In this document: positions 35,701-47,713 of the stretch, piece by piece
How the letters are laid out: the number at the start of each line of letters is the position of its first letter
How positions within the stretch are numbered: position 1 is the stretch's first letter
Source: Anthoceros angustus
Taxonomy: Eukaryota; Plantae; Anthocerotophyta
Direction: 5' to 3'
DNA length: 64,000 nucleotides
NCBI GenBank assembly: GCA_010909165.1
Contig: MU008196.1
Coordinates: 1 to 64,000, forward strand
Position numbers and translations under genes: made by a program
The notes under the pieces: generated by a model
The model's input: only the letters and a program-made list of their open reading frames with translations
Databases searched by the model: none
Told to the model about the DNA's origin: nothing

Positions 35701-38700
35701 GCAAATTAACTACGAGGAATCTAACTCGCAGGAGATGAAGAAGGCCGAGGAAGGAAGAGAAGTCCAAACTAAAGAAAGGACATGAGAAGTTCTCAGAGAG
35801 GAGAAAGATTCCATAGGATTCCTTGAGGAAAACATAGTGAGAAAGAGTCATCAGATGAGGAGCGTGCCAGAAGGGAAAAGAAGAAATCAAGGGGTGAGGT
35901 GGAAGGAAAGAAGGGTCGTATGCGGGAGAACAAAGAGCTGGCAAGGGCGAAAACAAGAGGCGTTGTATGCGAAAAAAAATGCGGAGCAAGCAAGGAAGGA
36001 GGCTGAGGTGGCAGCCAAGAAAGTGGACACATCAGGAGAAACGGATGGAGAAGATAGATTCCCTTTCGCGCACATCTCATGGTCTGAGGAGGAACATGAT
36101 TATCGGAGAGATATCCCACACACGACATTAACTGTGGGTTGTTATGGTGTAATCGCCGACGTGACCTAGGATTTTGATGGAAGAAGGAGGGGAGCGGGCG
36201 CAGGAACAACCGGATGAGGAAAATGGAATGGGCATCACGCCGCTCACCCTAAGATCCGCTTAGAGAATGGGGCATGCGAGAAGAGCCGCTAGAGCCGTGA
36301 GGAAGGTTTGGGGTCGTTCCGCACCGTGAGAGCGGAAGGGTACAGCGGATGAAGTCAAAGGATGTTGAGGTACTCCCGTGAAAAGTGCTCAAATTCTCCA
36401 AAGCAATGAGTTGTGGCTTGAGGGGGGCATGAAACAGCTGAGTTCATGTCTTCACTTTGCCTCAAACCGATGAAGGGTATAACCAAGGAGTGGGGAGAGC
36501 ATAAGATCGACCGAATCGAGCAATGGAAGGATTCCATGGTAGTTCGATCGATAAGAGACAACCGGAGATTCCTCGATTGGCGAAGGTTGATAAAGTCACC
36601 AAGAGGATCATTTTCCGCTGCCCTTCATACAATATCCTAGATCCGTCGGCAGTGTGATGGCTTATTCCTTCTTAGATGGGTACTGGATATAACAAGTGCA
36701 TCTCGTGTGAGTGGCCACCACAGCCTTTTACAACGGAGAGGTGGAACGAGACCGGAGGATGACTTTCCCGATGAGACCGCGGGCCAGTAAGTGAGGGCGC
36801 AGAGGCCAACCCAATTCAAGAGGGGAAGGGAGACGAGATGGCCTCGAATGAGAAGGGGAGAAAGAGCTTCACAACCGACGATCTGGAAATTTGTGAGTAT
36901 CCGGCACCGCCAAATTCTCAAAACCTCTCTAAGGTACAAGAATCATCTCGTCATTACATGACGCTGTAGAAGACACAAGACCAAGTTATATCGAATGGGA
37001 CCGGACGGTAAAAACGTTATGACAAATAGTGTGGATGGGTCCGCTCATGGTCCCGGAGGTTTTCCACAATGGTTCCATCCACCGCAGATTGAATGGTCGC
37101 TTTGCCAACCGTAGTTGGTTGGCGAGTTGAAAAGTATTATCAAGTTGGCGAGGACGCCAACAAATGAGAAGGGGAGTATGTGGAAGACCACATGTACACT
37201 AACCTCCCTCGACTTGGTTTGAATGTTTTTTTGTTTTTCTTATGTTTTGTGTGATGGAGTGCTTAGGAAATGTCCGAGGCAAGGCCTTTTATACTAAAAT
37301 GGTCCTTGGCCCATGACAATATTACTTTACAAATAATTAGTCCTTGGGCCTCGAACTGAATATCAAAGTTAGAAGGTCCTTGACCTTGGGATTTTAGGAA
37401 TAAAATTGTCTATAAGGTGGGGATCCTTCATTCAAGAACATGTGAACAAGTGGAGACGCCTGCACCTCCGGAGAAGTTCAAGAAGCTAGCGGAGAGGTAT
37501 AAGCGGAGAGAGGTGAGGCTAGGGCCAGGTCAAGAGAGAGAGCCAAGAAGGGCGAGTGCACAGTCAAATACCACTGGGGAGCCACCAGCGAAGCACACCA
37601 CGGTGGAGCCACACCGCATGAAGCACCACCACGGTGGTGGAGCCGCCACCGTCATGAAGAAGGACCCAAGGTGGGGAAGCCACCGTCAGAGCGCCAGAGG
37701 AGGGGATGCAACCCCTCAGATTCTGTGAAGCAACCAGGATTGTCCAGGAGCCGCATACCTTCACAAAGTTGTGCTCGAGGAAATGAGCAAGGCGGAGGCT
37801 AGAGCATGGATGGAGGAACGCACTTGGCTGTCCAAATGATGAGGAGCGAGGAAACGCGCAGGGGCGTGACGGCGCCTCCTAGGAGGAGTGAAGGGACCCT
37901 GATAGCGGGAGTGAGGTGGAGATATTAAGGAGGATCTTCGGATCAGGCGTGGTAGGAGAGAGGGGAACACCCATGGGCCGTAGGGTAGGCGCCACATGAG
38001 GCGGGCGCTACTGATTTTAGAGGGGAGCGCATCATAGGTCGTGAGGCTTTCACTTGGATTAGAGGATAAGGTGCTAGGAAGCTTGTGAACCCAGTAGATA
38101 CCCGAATTGGTAGGCTGTGGTAGGTTAGCCATCTTTAGACACCGGAGGTAGGTTAGCCATCTTAGACACCGGGAAAGTGAGCTATGGGCCGGGCGATGTA
38201 TAAGAGACCCTTGTCTCTCTAGACAATTTCTGTGTGAGCTCCGTGTGTCGAATTTGTGCGCGTGGTTGGTTGGAGACATCCAATCGATGATGGCCGATTG
38301 CAGGTCCTCCACAAGAGGGCCGGGAGATCCCCGGATGGTCGAGCCGAGTGACCAAGCTCCGCCGGGTGACTAGTGGTGAAGGGTGCTCAATGCATAGAGA
38401 GGGAAATTCCCAGGGACCGGGTGAGATCGCTGCAAAGGAATCGCCTGTGGAGCCGACTCAGTTGTTTTTTTCCTTTCCCAACCCTGCCTAACCAGATTGT
38501 CTAATTCTAAGGAGGGGTCCAGGTGGCCTGTGGGGGGGTCTCGTGGTGGCCTGGAGGGGTCCCATGTGGCCCAAGAGAGGTCCGTGGTGGCATGAGAGAG
38601 GAGGATCCGTGGAACATCTGTGCGTGGTGGTAAGGAGGTCCGGGTGGCCCGAGAAAGGGAGCGAGGGTATTCATGTGTGGTAGAGTGGGAGGTTCTGGAA

Positions 38701-39219
38701 AAAAGGGAAAGGAGAGAGTGTGCCAGTGAGGGGAGTATGCGGACTTTGAGAGAAACGGGAATGTTAGAAAGGGGAGGCGGAGCTATGAGATCGGTGGGCG
38801 ACGCCGGAGTGAGGCCTCGTGGTGTTCATGGTCATGGTGCCTAACTCGAACGCGAGCGCTCTGTGGAGTGAATTAGAGTAGGTGACTTAGGGTGTGTGCT
38901 GCGAAATCATAACCTTAGAGACCACGCCAGTGGAGGGTGACCACAGATAGTCACGACACGCTAAGGCTGGCGCCATGTGGTTGAATGAAATCACCACGGG
39001 TGGCGAACCCCCACCTCATGGGTGACCAGCCTTCCACTCTGTGGCCTGGTATTGATTATGGGTTCGTGGGTAGGACTCGTAGGAGGACTAAGACCCATAG
39101 TTTTAGAATATCATCTTGACACAAAACCATTCCCTTGGGATCGAATCCTAGGACTATAACGACATAGAGGTAAATGTGGCCTCCTTTGCTAGCCTTCTGG
39201 ATGCAAAACCCATTCCACA
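32799..39219 (+). mobile_element. Non-autonomous Gypsy family B element: LTR 32799-34798, gag-only internal region, LTR 37179-39219
   Basis: Both LTRs run TGTGGAA...TTCCACA. PBS-like TGGCTTCACGGGGAAGGG at 34802-34819 and PPT GAGAAGGGGAGTA at 37166-37178. No RT or integrase motif seen. Confidence 0.85.
35280..35800 (+). pseudogene. gag: Retrotransposon gag capsid-domain remnant
   Basis: HEDPHEFVERFEQL..PKKWYR..PTTFEELKECLCERFRGLTKGYVLSKLERLQRERKETLQAYVERFH across frameshifts. Confidence 0.75.
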
Positions 39220-41399
39220 CGCATTTCCTTGGTTCACTTAACCGAAGGCGCTTAGCCTTGAATGCGCATGCCATGTCGATGGCACCATCACCATAAATGG
39301 GTCCGGACCGGTGGTGGCTACCTTCCGCCGTCAGCGATCCTTTCACCTCGTTGATCGTTAACTTTCCACCTCTTCATTACCCGCTCTGTGCCAAAGTTCT
39401 CCTCAAACCCGCTTACTTCTTTTACATATGGGTTGATCTGTGAGCTCTCACACAAGCGTGCATCACGAATTTCTTTTTTTCTTTGGCCCTTCGCTTTACC
39501 ACGGGCTTAACAAGATAATATTTGAAGCGGCCGAATATACATCAAGCGCTTTTGACGTGAATATACGCTGAACTGGTTTTTGATGGGCATTGAAATGCCA
39601 TATTTAAGCATACCGCAAGAAGGCACACAATTAGGGTGTCGAGAGAAGTTTATATCTTCGCCCAGTGGTAGACAAAAGGTTTCCTTCTATAGGGGCGACC
39701 ATTGTTTTCGGAAATGATGCCCATGTTGTTAATCCATGCGATTCGTTAAACAACGAAATGAACATGGACGATCATCTCTCGTAGTAGCATCAAGGGAATG
39801 CATACGGCTATTTCTATATTCGCTATACATCCCATCCAGATACCGGCCGACGCCTTTGTGCACAATGAGGGTATGAAGACCCTAAACATACCATAAGTGA
39901 CATTGGCACCGCATGCGGGCGCCCAAGTCATGCCCAATGGTTACGTGCCTTGGCCGGGATGCGCCAAGATTCATGGTCTTTGGCAATGAATGCTGGACAA
40001 GACACCTCCTTCTTCTAAGAAACTACGAACGTAATGGCTTCTCCGACCGCTCAACGCCTGGATGACACCTAAGCAAGTGGCTAAGAAACCACCAAGCGTG
40101 ATGGCTTCTCCGAGGCTAAAAAACAAGGAGCATGGAGGAGCATAGGGCATGAAGAAGAAGAAGAAAGATGAGGGTGAGGGCCGGCATGCCGCCTTCATTC
40201 AACATATATACTTTATGTTTTGGGAATATTCAACATGGGAAAGTTAATGAAGTGGTAAGACTAGGGATTATAATGGAGAGGTCTTGGGTCTGTTGTTTGT
40301 TTTAGGCGATGCCGCCTTTAAAAATAAAATTTTCCTAAATGGAGAGGTCTTGGGTTCAAGAGAGCCCTTTAAAGATAAATTTTTCCTAGTGTGTAGGGAA
40401 TATGGATTGAAATGAGAGAGATTATAATATGACGTTACTAGTTCAAGTCATGCTTTTTATTTTGGCCAGCATAGTTTATGCTGTCTATTTTGGCCAGATA
40501 GTTTGTGTAAAAGTGATAGATAATTGCTCGGTTTCAAATCTCCTTATTCTAGTAATTCCTAATCTTGGACTCAAAATCATGGAAATTATTTTCAAATTTC
40601 AACGGTTTCTAAGCACTGCTTGAAATTACCCATGCCCTAATATTCATGATTGCAAATTGCACCGAATCGAACGGTGAAGAGAGACATGACACGCCAAGTT
40701 TCTTCCCTCTTCTCGAGCTCACCGCAGCCATGACTATCTTTCTACGGAGGTCATAGCAATTGAACACGATTTTGTGTGTAGACACCATCTTTGTGAGCGA
40801 CCAAGTGCATCGTCATCGGAAGTGTCAAAGGTAGTGTGTTCTTTCTCATTCTCTTGCGCGAGCAAGCGACACATGGCCTAATGAATGTAAGTCATAATGT
40901 GCATGGGTGCACGATGTGGTTGTAAGCCCTAGTGTTAATGCGGACGCATGCACATCGGGCGCCACAGTAAAACTTATCTAAGGACGCCGGCATGCCGCCC
41001 CTATGGAGGAGCATAAGAGCATAGGGTGCTAGCATATTGGTGCCTTCATTAGTATAACCCTAACCCTAGGGTTAGAGTTTAGGGTCTAGACTTGTTTTGT
41101 TTCAGAAGGCGGGTTAGGCACTGTGGGTCGAGGGTTACATCTTGTTATGTTGAAGTTTGTGTTAGGTAGCATGATGCCGCCTCCGATCGAATCCTTTCAT
41201 GAGTAACGCCAGTGGCCGATTTTGATCCGTCCATGACACCCTATTGTAAACATGTCGGAGGGGCTCAAGATGGGCAGTAAGTCGGCGCCAACCACCATAC
41301 CTGATGTGTATTGCTCTTACAAATGGATTGAAATTGTAATCCAAGGAATACCACCTACCCCAAATAATCAAAAATGCTTAAATATGCAATAGTTACCGC

Positions 41400-42812
41400 T
41401 AAGATTTGCGCAAGAGGGTTTTTGATTTCAAGCGGTCTCAGATATTCACCGCTTCAAATATTATGGTGTTGCTTCTTCTTCTTATTTTTGTGGCGGGTTT
41501 CCTTCTCCTCCGTAGAGACTTCGGACTCTTCCTCGGAGATCTCCTCCTCTTCCTCCGAAGTAACCTCAGTCTCTTCACCCTCCTCCTCCGAGGGCTCTTC
41601 CTCTTCAGACTCCGAACTCCGTCTCTTCTTTTTCTTCTTCCCTCCTTGAGTCATCCTCGTCCTTCGTTGGTGCATCGATTCTTCGTAGTTCTTTGCTGCC
41701 CGGACCGCCTTACTCACATCCTTCTTGGCGAGCAACAGCACATGCTTAGCCATTGGCTTAGGTAGGCTGGGCCCATGTAACCACCGCATCGCCTCGCATG
41801 GTGGTGTGTGGGTGCTTGGCCCCGTGAGGGCGTAGGAACCGCTCAAGATGTATGATCCCAACTTCTCCGCTTTTTCCTCGCCTGTATTCTCGAGCTTGGA
41901 TGATTTAGCTCTTCCCGGTCGGGTTTATCTCCCCACGTGAATCTCTTCAAGAAGGCATCCTTCAGCGCTTCAAAGGTCGCAGGGGGCTCTCGGCCGGTAA
42001 GACTTTCTCCGGTACCACCGAGCCGGGCCGCCTGGCTGACCTTTGAAACAGCTTGAATGAGCTGCGACGTCCAAGCCTTCCTCTCCGTAGTTCGGGCTTG
42101 AGAGACGAACTCTTACCTAAGGTTTCCGTGATCCCTCTCCTTCTTTCCCCAAAGAGGGAGTATAAGCTTGCTTGTCGACGTTGCCAAGCCGCCATCGCCA
42201 CGCCAACAAATGTGTTGTTGAGGATTCACCGCGTCCCCTTACCATCAATACCGGGACTTGTACTACATCCTCCTCACGGTCCGATAAATCTGTTATGTTT
42301 TCCCCGCCTACCGAACCCTCACGTTGAGCTTGCCGCCTCGCCCCAGCCCGAGCTTTGCCTACCTGCTCACATGACGTCCGGCTCACTCACAATGATCTGC
42401 CTAACCACCTCACGCCCCCACGATTCACCTTACCTTCACACTATGCTACGGAATCCATTCATTCCTCTGCAACGGGCGCCTGAATCGTGGGCGCAACTTT
42501 CACCGACTACCAGCCCAGCCGCCAAGACAATCCCGTGGTTTGTCGTTGTAGCAAGGGGTCCGCTCCCAAGAGAACATGATAGGCTCCATTTGGCGCTGCT
42601 TTCAACCGATTCTCACCCTAATGTTGCGACATCATTTGACTCAAGTGTACCTGCCTTTCACGACTAACTACTCTTAATGTTCCACCGAACAGTCTGTGGC
42701 CAAACGCTTAAGGACCTGCTCTCACGTCTGCATTCCTATTAGTCCGTTCCTCGTCCGTCTAATCCGCTCTCCTCACCGCTCTCAATACACTCATTGTTCT
42801 TGGGGAAAGATT
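41400..42812 (-). mobile_element. gag: Gypsy family C fragment: LTR end (~42500-42812), PBS-like site (~42487-42497) and gag remnant (~42200-41400)
   Basis: Minus strand GPARWYRR..PATFEALKDAFLKRF followed by a K/E-rich tract. 42520-42810 is homologous to 53980-54240. Confidence 0.65.
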
Positions 42813-42826
42813 TCAAATTTAGGAGA

Positions 42827-43041
42827 TGCAGATCAATTACAAAGAAAGTAATTACATTGTATTATATCTGAAAGAACACACACACGCCTAAACATGAAAC
42901 ATCTTAAATGACGAATGAACAGACATGCCTTTTCATAACGACGTAACCCTAATGAAACGCTACTTGTGGTATGGGCTTAAACTAATATAATTGCTAAACC
43001 CTAATCATGATTCCAACACATATCTTCCTTTACTCCCACTT
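42827..43041 (-). mobile_element. Copia-type 3' LTR (~190-205 bp) with PPT
   Basis: Minus AAGTGGGAG (43033-43041) followed by an AT-rich unit TGTTGGAATC...CTGCA (43018-42827). Confidence 0.5.
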
Positions 43042-43807
43042 GTTGGTCATGATTCCTTGCATGTTCAGTCTTCTGGGTCTACTGCAGGCTGCCCGTGGAC
43101 TGATGTTTAGCTGGGTATCTTAAATCTTCAAGCACCATAGCCACCTGCTCTCGTCCTCAGTTACGCTTCACCTTGAACGTAAAGGAACAAGAGATGCTTC
43201 TACCGCATAAGCCCTCTGGGCAGTGAAGAAGGCGTAGATGAGGTGCTGCGGTTTATATACCGTTGTTCTTCATTTCTCACCACTCCTCCCGAGGCCAATC
43301 GAACTTAAGAATTGCACACCTCCTTACCGCCATGGCTTCTTCAGATTCTGAGTCTGACACAGCTCCCAAGCGCCGCCTCCAGCAGCGCGATGCCCTAGGA
43401 AGGTTCGCTACTGCAAGAGTGCGTAGGGATAACTACTAACACTGATCTGGAGCCGCAGCAATGCACAGTACCTAAAGAACACCCAAAGAAGCAAGAGAGA
43501 AGAGCTTCTGGAGGCCGAAAGGAACCACCAAAGAGGTCCTTGAGCAGCGCAAGATCGCCGCCGCCCTCAATACCAATCACGACATGGGTGGCCCTTCAGC
43601 TCCCCGAGCACCAAAGACCAACGCAAAGGCTACTGTGAGGGATCTGAACCTGGATTTTGCTTATTACGACGATGAGTCTAGCTGGGCTGCAGTGCCCGTG
43701 AAGTTCTTTAGCTTCCAGCGACAAGAACGAGAAGACCAGTGATTGTGAGCTCGGCACCGCTAAGCATCCCCCGTTTCTCCAATCGTATAAAAGTCCTCGG
43801 CCGGGCT

Positions 43808-44003
43808 TGTTGGAATAACTTAGGGTTATTTATATAACCACTCCTTAGGGTTAAATAGCTAGGGTTACCGAAAGGTCACTTAGAGAACAAGACATATGTA
43901 TATAAGATATTCTCTTTGACCGCAATTATTATGATGTTTTATTTCCATGTTTTCCTAGTCTGTTGTCCTAGCGATTCTAAGCAAATTGACATGGTATCAG
44001 AGC
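43808..44003 (+). promoter_or_regulatory. Copia 5' LTR (43808-43991) plus tRNA-iMet primer-binding site (43992-44003)
   Basis: TGTTGG...TTGACA followed immediately by TGGTATCAGAGC. Confidence 0.85.
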
Positions 44004-46599
44004 ACCAGGCTTTGATATTTGATCCTAATCTAATCTGCTTTGTTTTTCAAAATCTGATGTGGTAGATGCATGTAGTGCAAGGGTTGATTGGGCACAAAAC
44101 CCAGTAACCATTTCCCATGGCCCCTGGTTCATGTGACCGACAGTCCTTCACCACCTACATGACCACATTAGCTATAGATCAGAAATAAAAAGCAGATCGT
44201 ATGAAAAAGACTTCGCTGCACCGCACTAACGTCAGGTAGCATGCGCATGTATGCTAATTTTAATTACAAAATGCTCAGAAGTTTGTGCAAACGGAAGTAG
44301 GAGCTATAACAACTTTATCACAGAGAGGTTCATCAGTAGAAAAGTGGATTGCTCTCGGCTGGCCGCGGGCTTGCTCTCCAGGTTCCTCTATCGATACGAT
44401 TTCCCATGCCCCGCATCCGCACTCGCTACCAAGAAACGGCCGTGAAATAGACTCCAGTAGCCAAGCATACCTTCTACACCCAAACAAAGTCAGATTCCAT
44501 CAGTTCGGTAACAACAATCAGGCTAGTTGGCTGCATCCACTGTTCGTGAAGACTCATGGATGCCTGAATGGCCTCACCGTCATCTCACGGAAATGCGGAT
44601 TCCGCTTTGTAACCCCAATTAATCGATCACCAAGACCGCAGTTGGTGCTATTCCAATACACTATCAGAATCAGGCTTGGTAAGCAGCCAAATCCTTCGAC
44701 ATCCACAAGAAATCAAGGCACAGATTTACCACTCCTAGCAAAGAGACCGAAGGGCGCCTTGTTTTTGAAGAAGAATCTCCAAGGATTCGGCCTTGCCTGC
44801 AGAACATCATTTTCCTCGATGTTGGCACACGATTTCTACCTCATCCCCTGCCTCAACGCACCTCTGCTACGCAAAGTTAAGAGTGGGAGATGTGAAGGGT
44901 CGCCAGCTCACTATCACGGGCGGGCACAGAATTTGGAAGACGCCACTGCATGTGGATTGGTGTGACTCCAAGATCTTTGTGTGCCTCTTCAACCGCCCTT
45001 CCGTGAGAAGATGTGTAACCTTCCAAGAGTTGCCAAGACCTTGAAGTCCATCAGCCTTTACCTTTCTCACGCCTACTAATCCCGGAAAGCATCCACCATG
45101 GCCTTAAACCCGTGAGATTTTACCACCTGACTTTACAGGTAAATCACCGGGCTGCTTATTAGGTGCCATTGGTGCGGCGCTCAAGGCCGTCATCTTTCAA
45201 GTGGCTCGCGCTAACAGCCCATCGCCTCCAATTGCCCCTCCACCATCCGAGACATCCGGGCCAAGCATCGGCATCAACCACACAAGCCGCTTACATCTAC
45301 GCATGCCACAACATAGAGCCATGGTACCTCACTTCAGCATCTCGGCATGCAAGGAACCGGAACTATGGCATCATACCTTCCTCGCCACATCAGCAGGTTT
45401 TTACAACGATCGCAGCTTTGAGTTGGCTTCGAATCTCTCTACCTATACTAGGAGCGACCCATAATCCACCGCCAAGGGAGGAGTCACGTGAACTTTTCCC
45501 TCGATTCTATGATGTGACTTTATGGACAAGCCCGGCCTTTTCAACATTTATATCTCAGAAGGGGTGAATATCCGAACCCCTTCCGTGAAATGAAAACCCT
45601 CTTAACACATTACACATCCAAATATGCATTTTATCTCTTTTAAAGAAAGGTCCACCATGTTCCAACGAGGTATTGAGAAAACCGATTCGCACAACATAGA
45701 CATCAAAATCAGAGGGCGCGGCGCCGGCGCCTTTTCATTGTTTCTTTGGAACAAGGAAAACTGAAGACATCAATTGCCTCAATGCAACGGGTCCATAAGT
45801 GATTGCGAACTAAGAGAAGCAGCAGATGCACATGACATGAGAACACTAAGCCTACTCCCTAGGGCTAACTTGGGACTCAGACGGGCTAGAGCAAACTCAA
45901 TCCATCAATAGCTGATTAATGCGCCCACTTCCTCTTCTCTCTCCCCAAGGCCCTTGTGTCTTCGCTTAGTCGTGTGTCCGCCGTGGGTCGGAAGGCTGCC
46001 AAACACTATCCAAGGATTGCTGTCCCTCCAAAAGGGCTCAGCTTTGGTCTTCAAGCATTTTAAGGAAACCACTTGCGCCAGGTGGAGTCCTTCGCCGATA
46101 CACACCTCCTTTGCCTGCACTGCGCAAGTCCTCTGGGCCTCTAATGTCAATTCTTCAAGATCCGGCAAAACCTCATACCCATGGATCCGTTGTGGAATAT
46201 ATCCCGCACATCTCAAGTCACCTCAATAGAGGGCATGCTAGCGCCTTAAATGGCCGTGCCATGCGCCCATAAAATCAACAAGACTAGTTTTTCACACCTC
46301 TACAAGACTCGAACCCATGACCTATCATGTACATATTTCCAAACCACTTGAGTAACTATCCTAGGTTGAAACATTAGAAGCACTAATTATTTATTTTATA
46401 AATGGCAGCCCATGAGGAGAACATGCATGGGAGGGCGCCCGCGCCCATGTACAAGGCTTGTTAGGCGAGGGGCCGCGCCCATGTACAAGGCTTGGGAAGG
46501 GCACGGCCATTTCTTTATGGATGTGTATATTGAAACTCCTCTCATGCCATGGTTGCACACATTTTCAAAAACACCTATGGACCTATTTTCATTCATTCA

Positions 46600-46917
46600 T
46601 TCGTCTGTACTATGATGCCTTGTTCTCGAAGAATATATGGGCATGTTCGGTGCACCAAATGAAGCATAGCATTACTTTGAGGATCGTGAAATAGATCGTG
46701 TAAGTAGAGGTTTTTGTTCACCAAACGGTCATCCTCTATTATGAGTTCAACTTGGTGAAACATTTGTATGCTGTGGATAAGAAGGCAATCAAGAATAACT
46801 TAATTGAATTGCGAGGCTTTATTCAACCCGGTGAGTCAAAGTGCCACCGAGGATAGTGAAGATGATGGTCATGATGCCGTGCCCGAAGATGATGGCGTGG
46901 AGTCTGGCGAAGAGTAG
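46600..46917 (+). pseudogene. C-terminal fragment of a second Sola-like transposase
   Basis: LVKHLYAVDKKAIKNNLIELRGFIQ..DGVESGEE* closely matches ARKHLYVVDKKAIKDKLNELRGFID..EGVTSGDE* at 28062-28220. Confidence 0.65.
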
Positions 46918-47713
46918 GAAACCCTCTGAATGTTAGGTCATCTTCAACGGGCAATTGGTGAGGTTATGCGTGAAGCTCAATTCCTATAGTTTGGAGTGCA
47001 CATTTCCAAGCGCATCACATATTTCTGAAAAGAGTCTAGGCCCATGATAGGAATTTGGTTGTGGCTGTTCTCTGTGTGCCGTTGTAGACTTCCCATGCTT
47101 AATAACTTCCAATGTTCAAGCCTTTTTCCATTACATGCGGAAGGACATGTGGGAGTGTGGTGGTAGTTGCGCTCGGCATTGCGGCATACTAACAGGCAAC
47201 ACACGATGAGCCCTGCGCATGTTTTTCTGCGATATGTTGGCGGGAACCCGGTTGCCCACACTTTTCTTCATTCATCGATTGCGATCGTGGGGTGAACCAT
47301 GTGATTATATTTGCGGGCACAATTGAGGGTGTCGAACCCACCCACCCACCCAAAGTCTTTTGTACACACATCCGCTATGGGCTGCTACTCTCGCCTTTCA
47401 AGGCATCATCGCAATGCCGGGAAAAGGGCCGGCCGCGCCCTCCTCGAACATGCTTTGCTCCCGGCCATCGTGGGTTCGCCTCTCATCCAATTTTGATCAC
47501 CGTGCTTTTACGAATCTTTAGGGTTGTTGTGCGAGAAAGACCCATGATGTGACAATGGCCCTTGTCATGGGTCTTAAATGCACCCCAAATAGGGTTACCT
47601 CTTGCACCATAACCCTTCAGGCATGAAATGGACCTTGTATCCGGTTCATAGGAATTTCCACCCTTCTTTTGCCTTACATTCATTCATACCTCAAAACCAC
47701 CAGTTCAAGACCC

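Noticed and set aside
32794-39224. CGTAC/CGCAT as a TSD of the family B element
   Set aside because: Only 3 of 5 positions match, and the sequence after the second LTR resembles the element's own leader rather than flanking DNA.
39420-39940. Possible N-terminal half of a DNA transposase
   Set aside because: Only short, stop-interrupted peptides with no motif I can recognise.
44475-44590. Kinase-like SLIVVTELMES peptide on the minus strand
   Set aside because: Isolated, flanked by stops, and with no other kinase subdomains.
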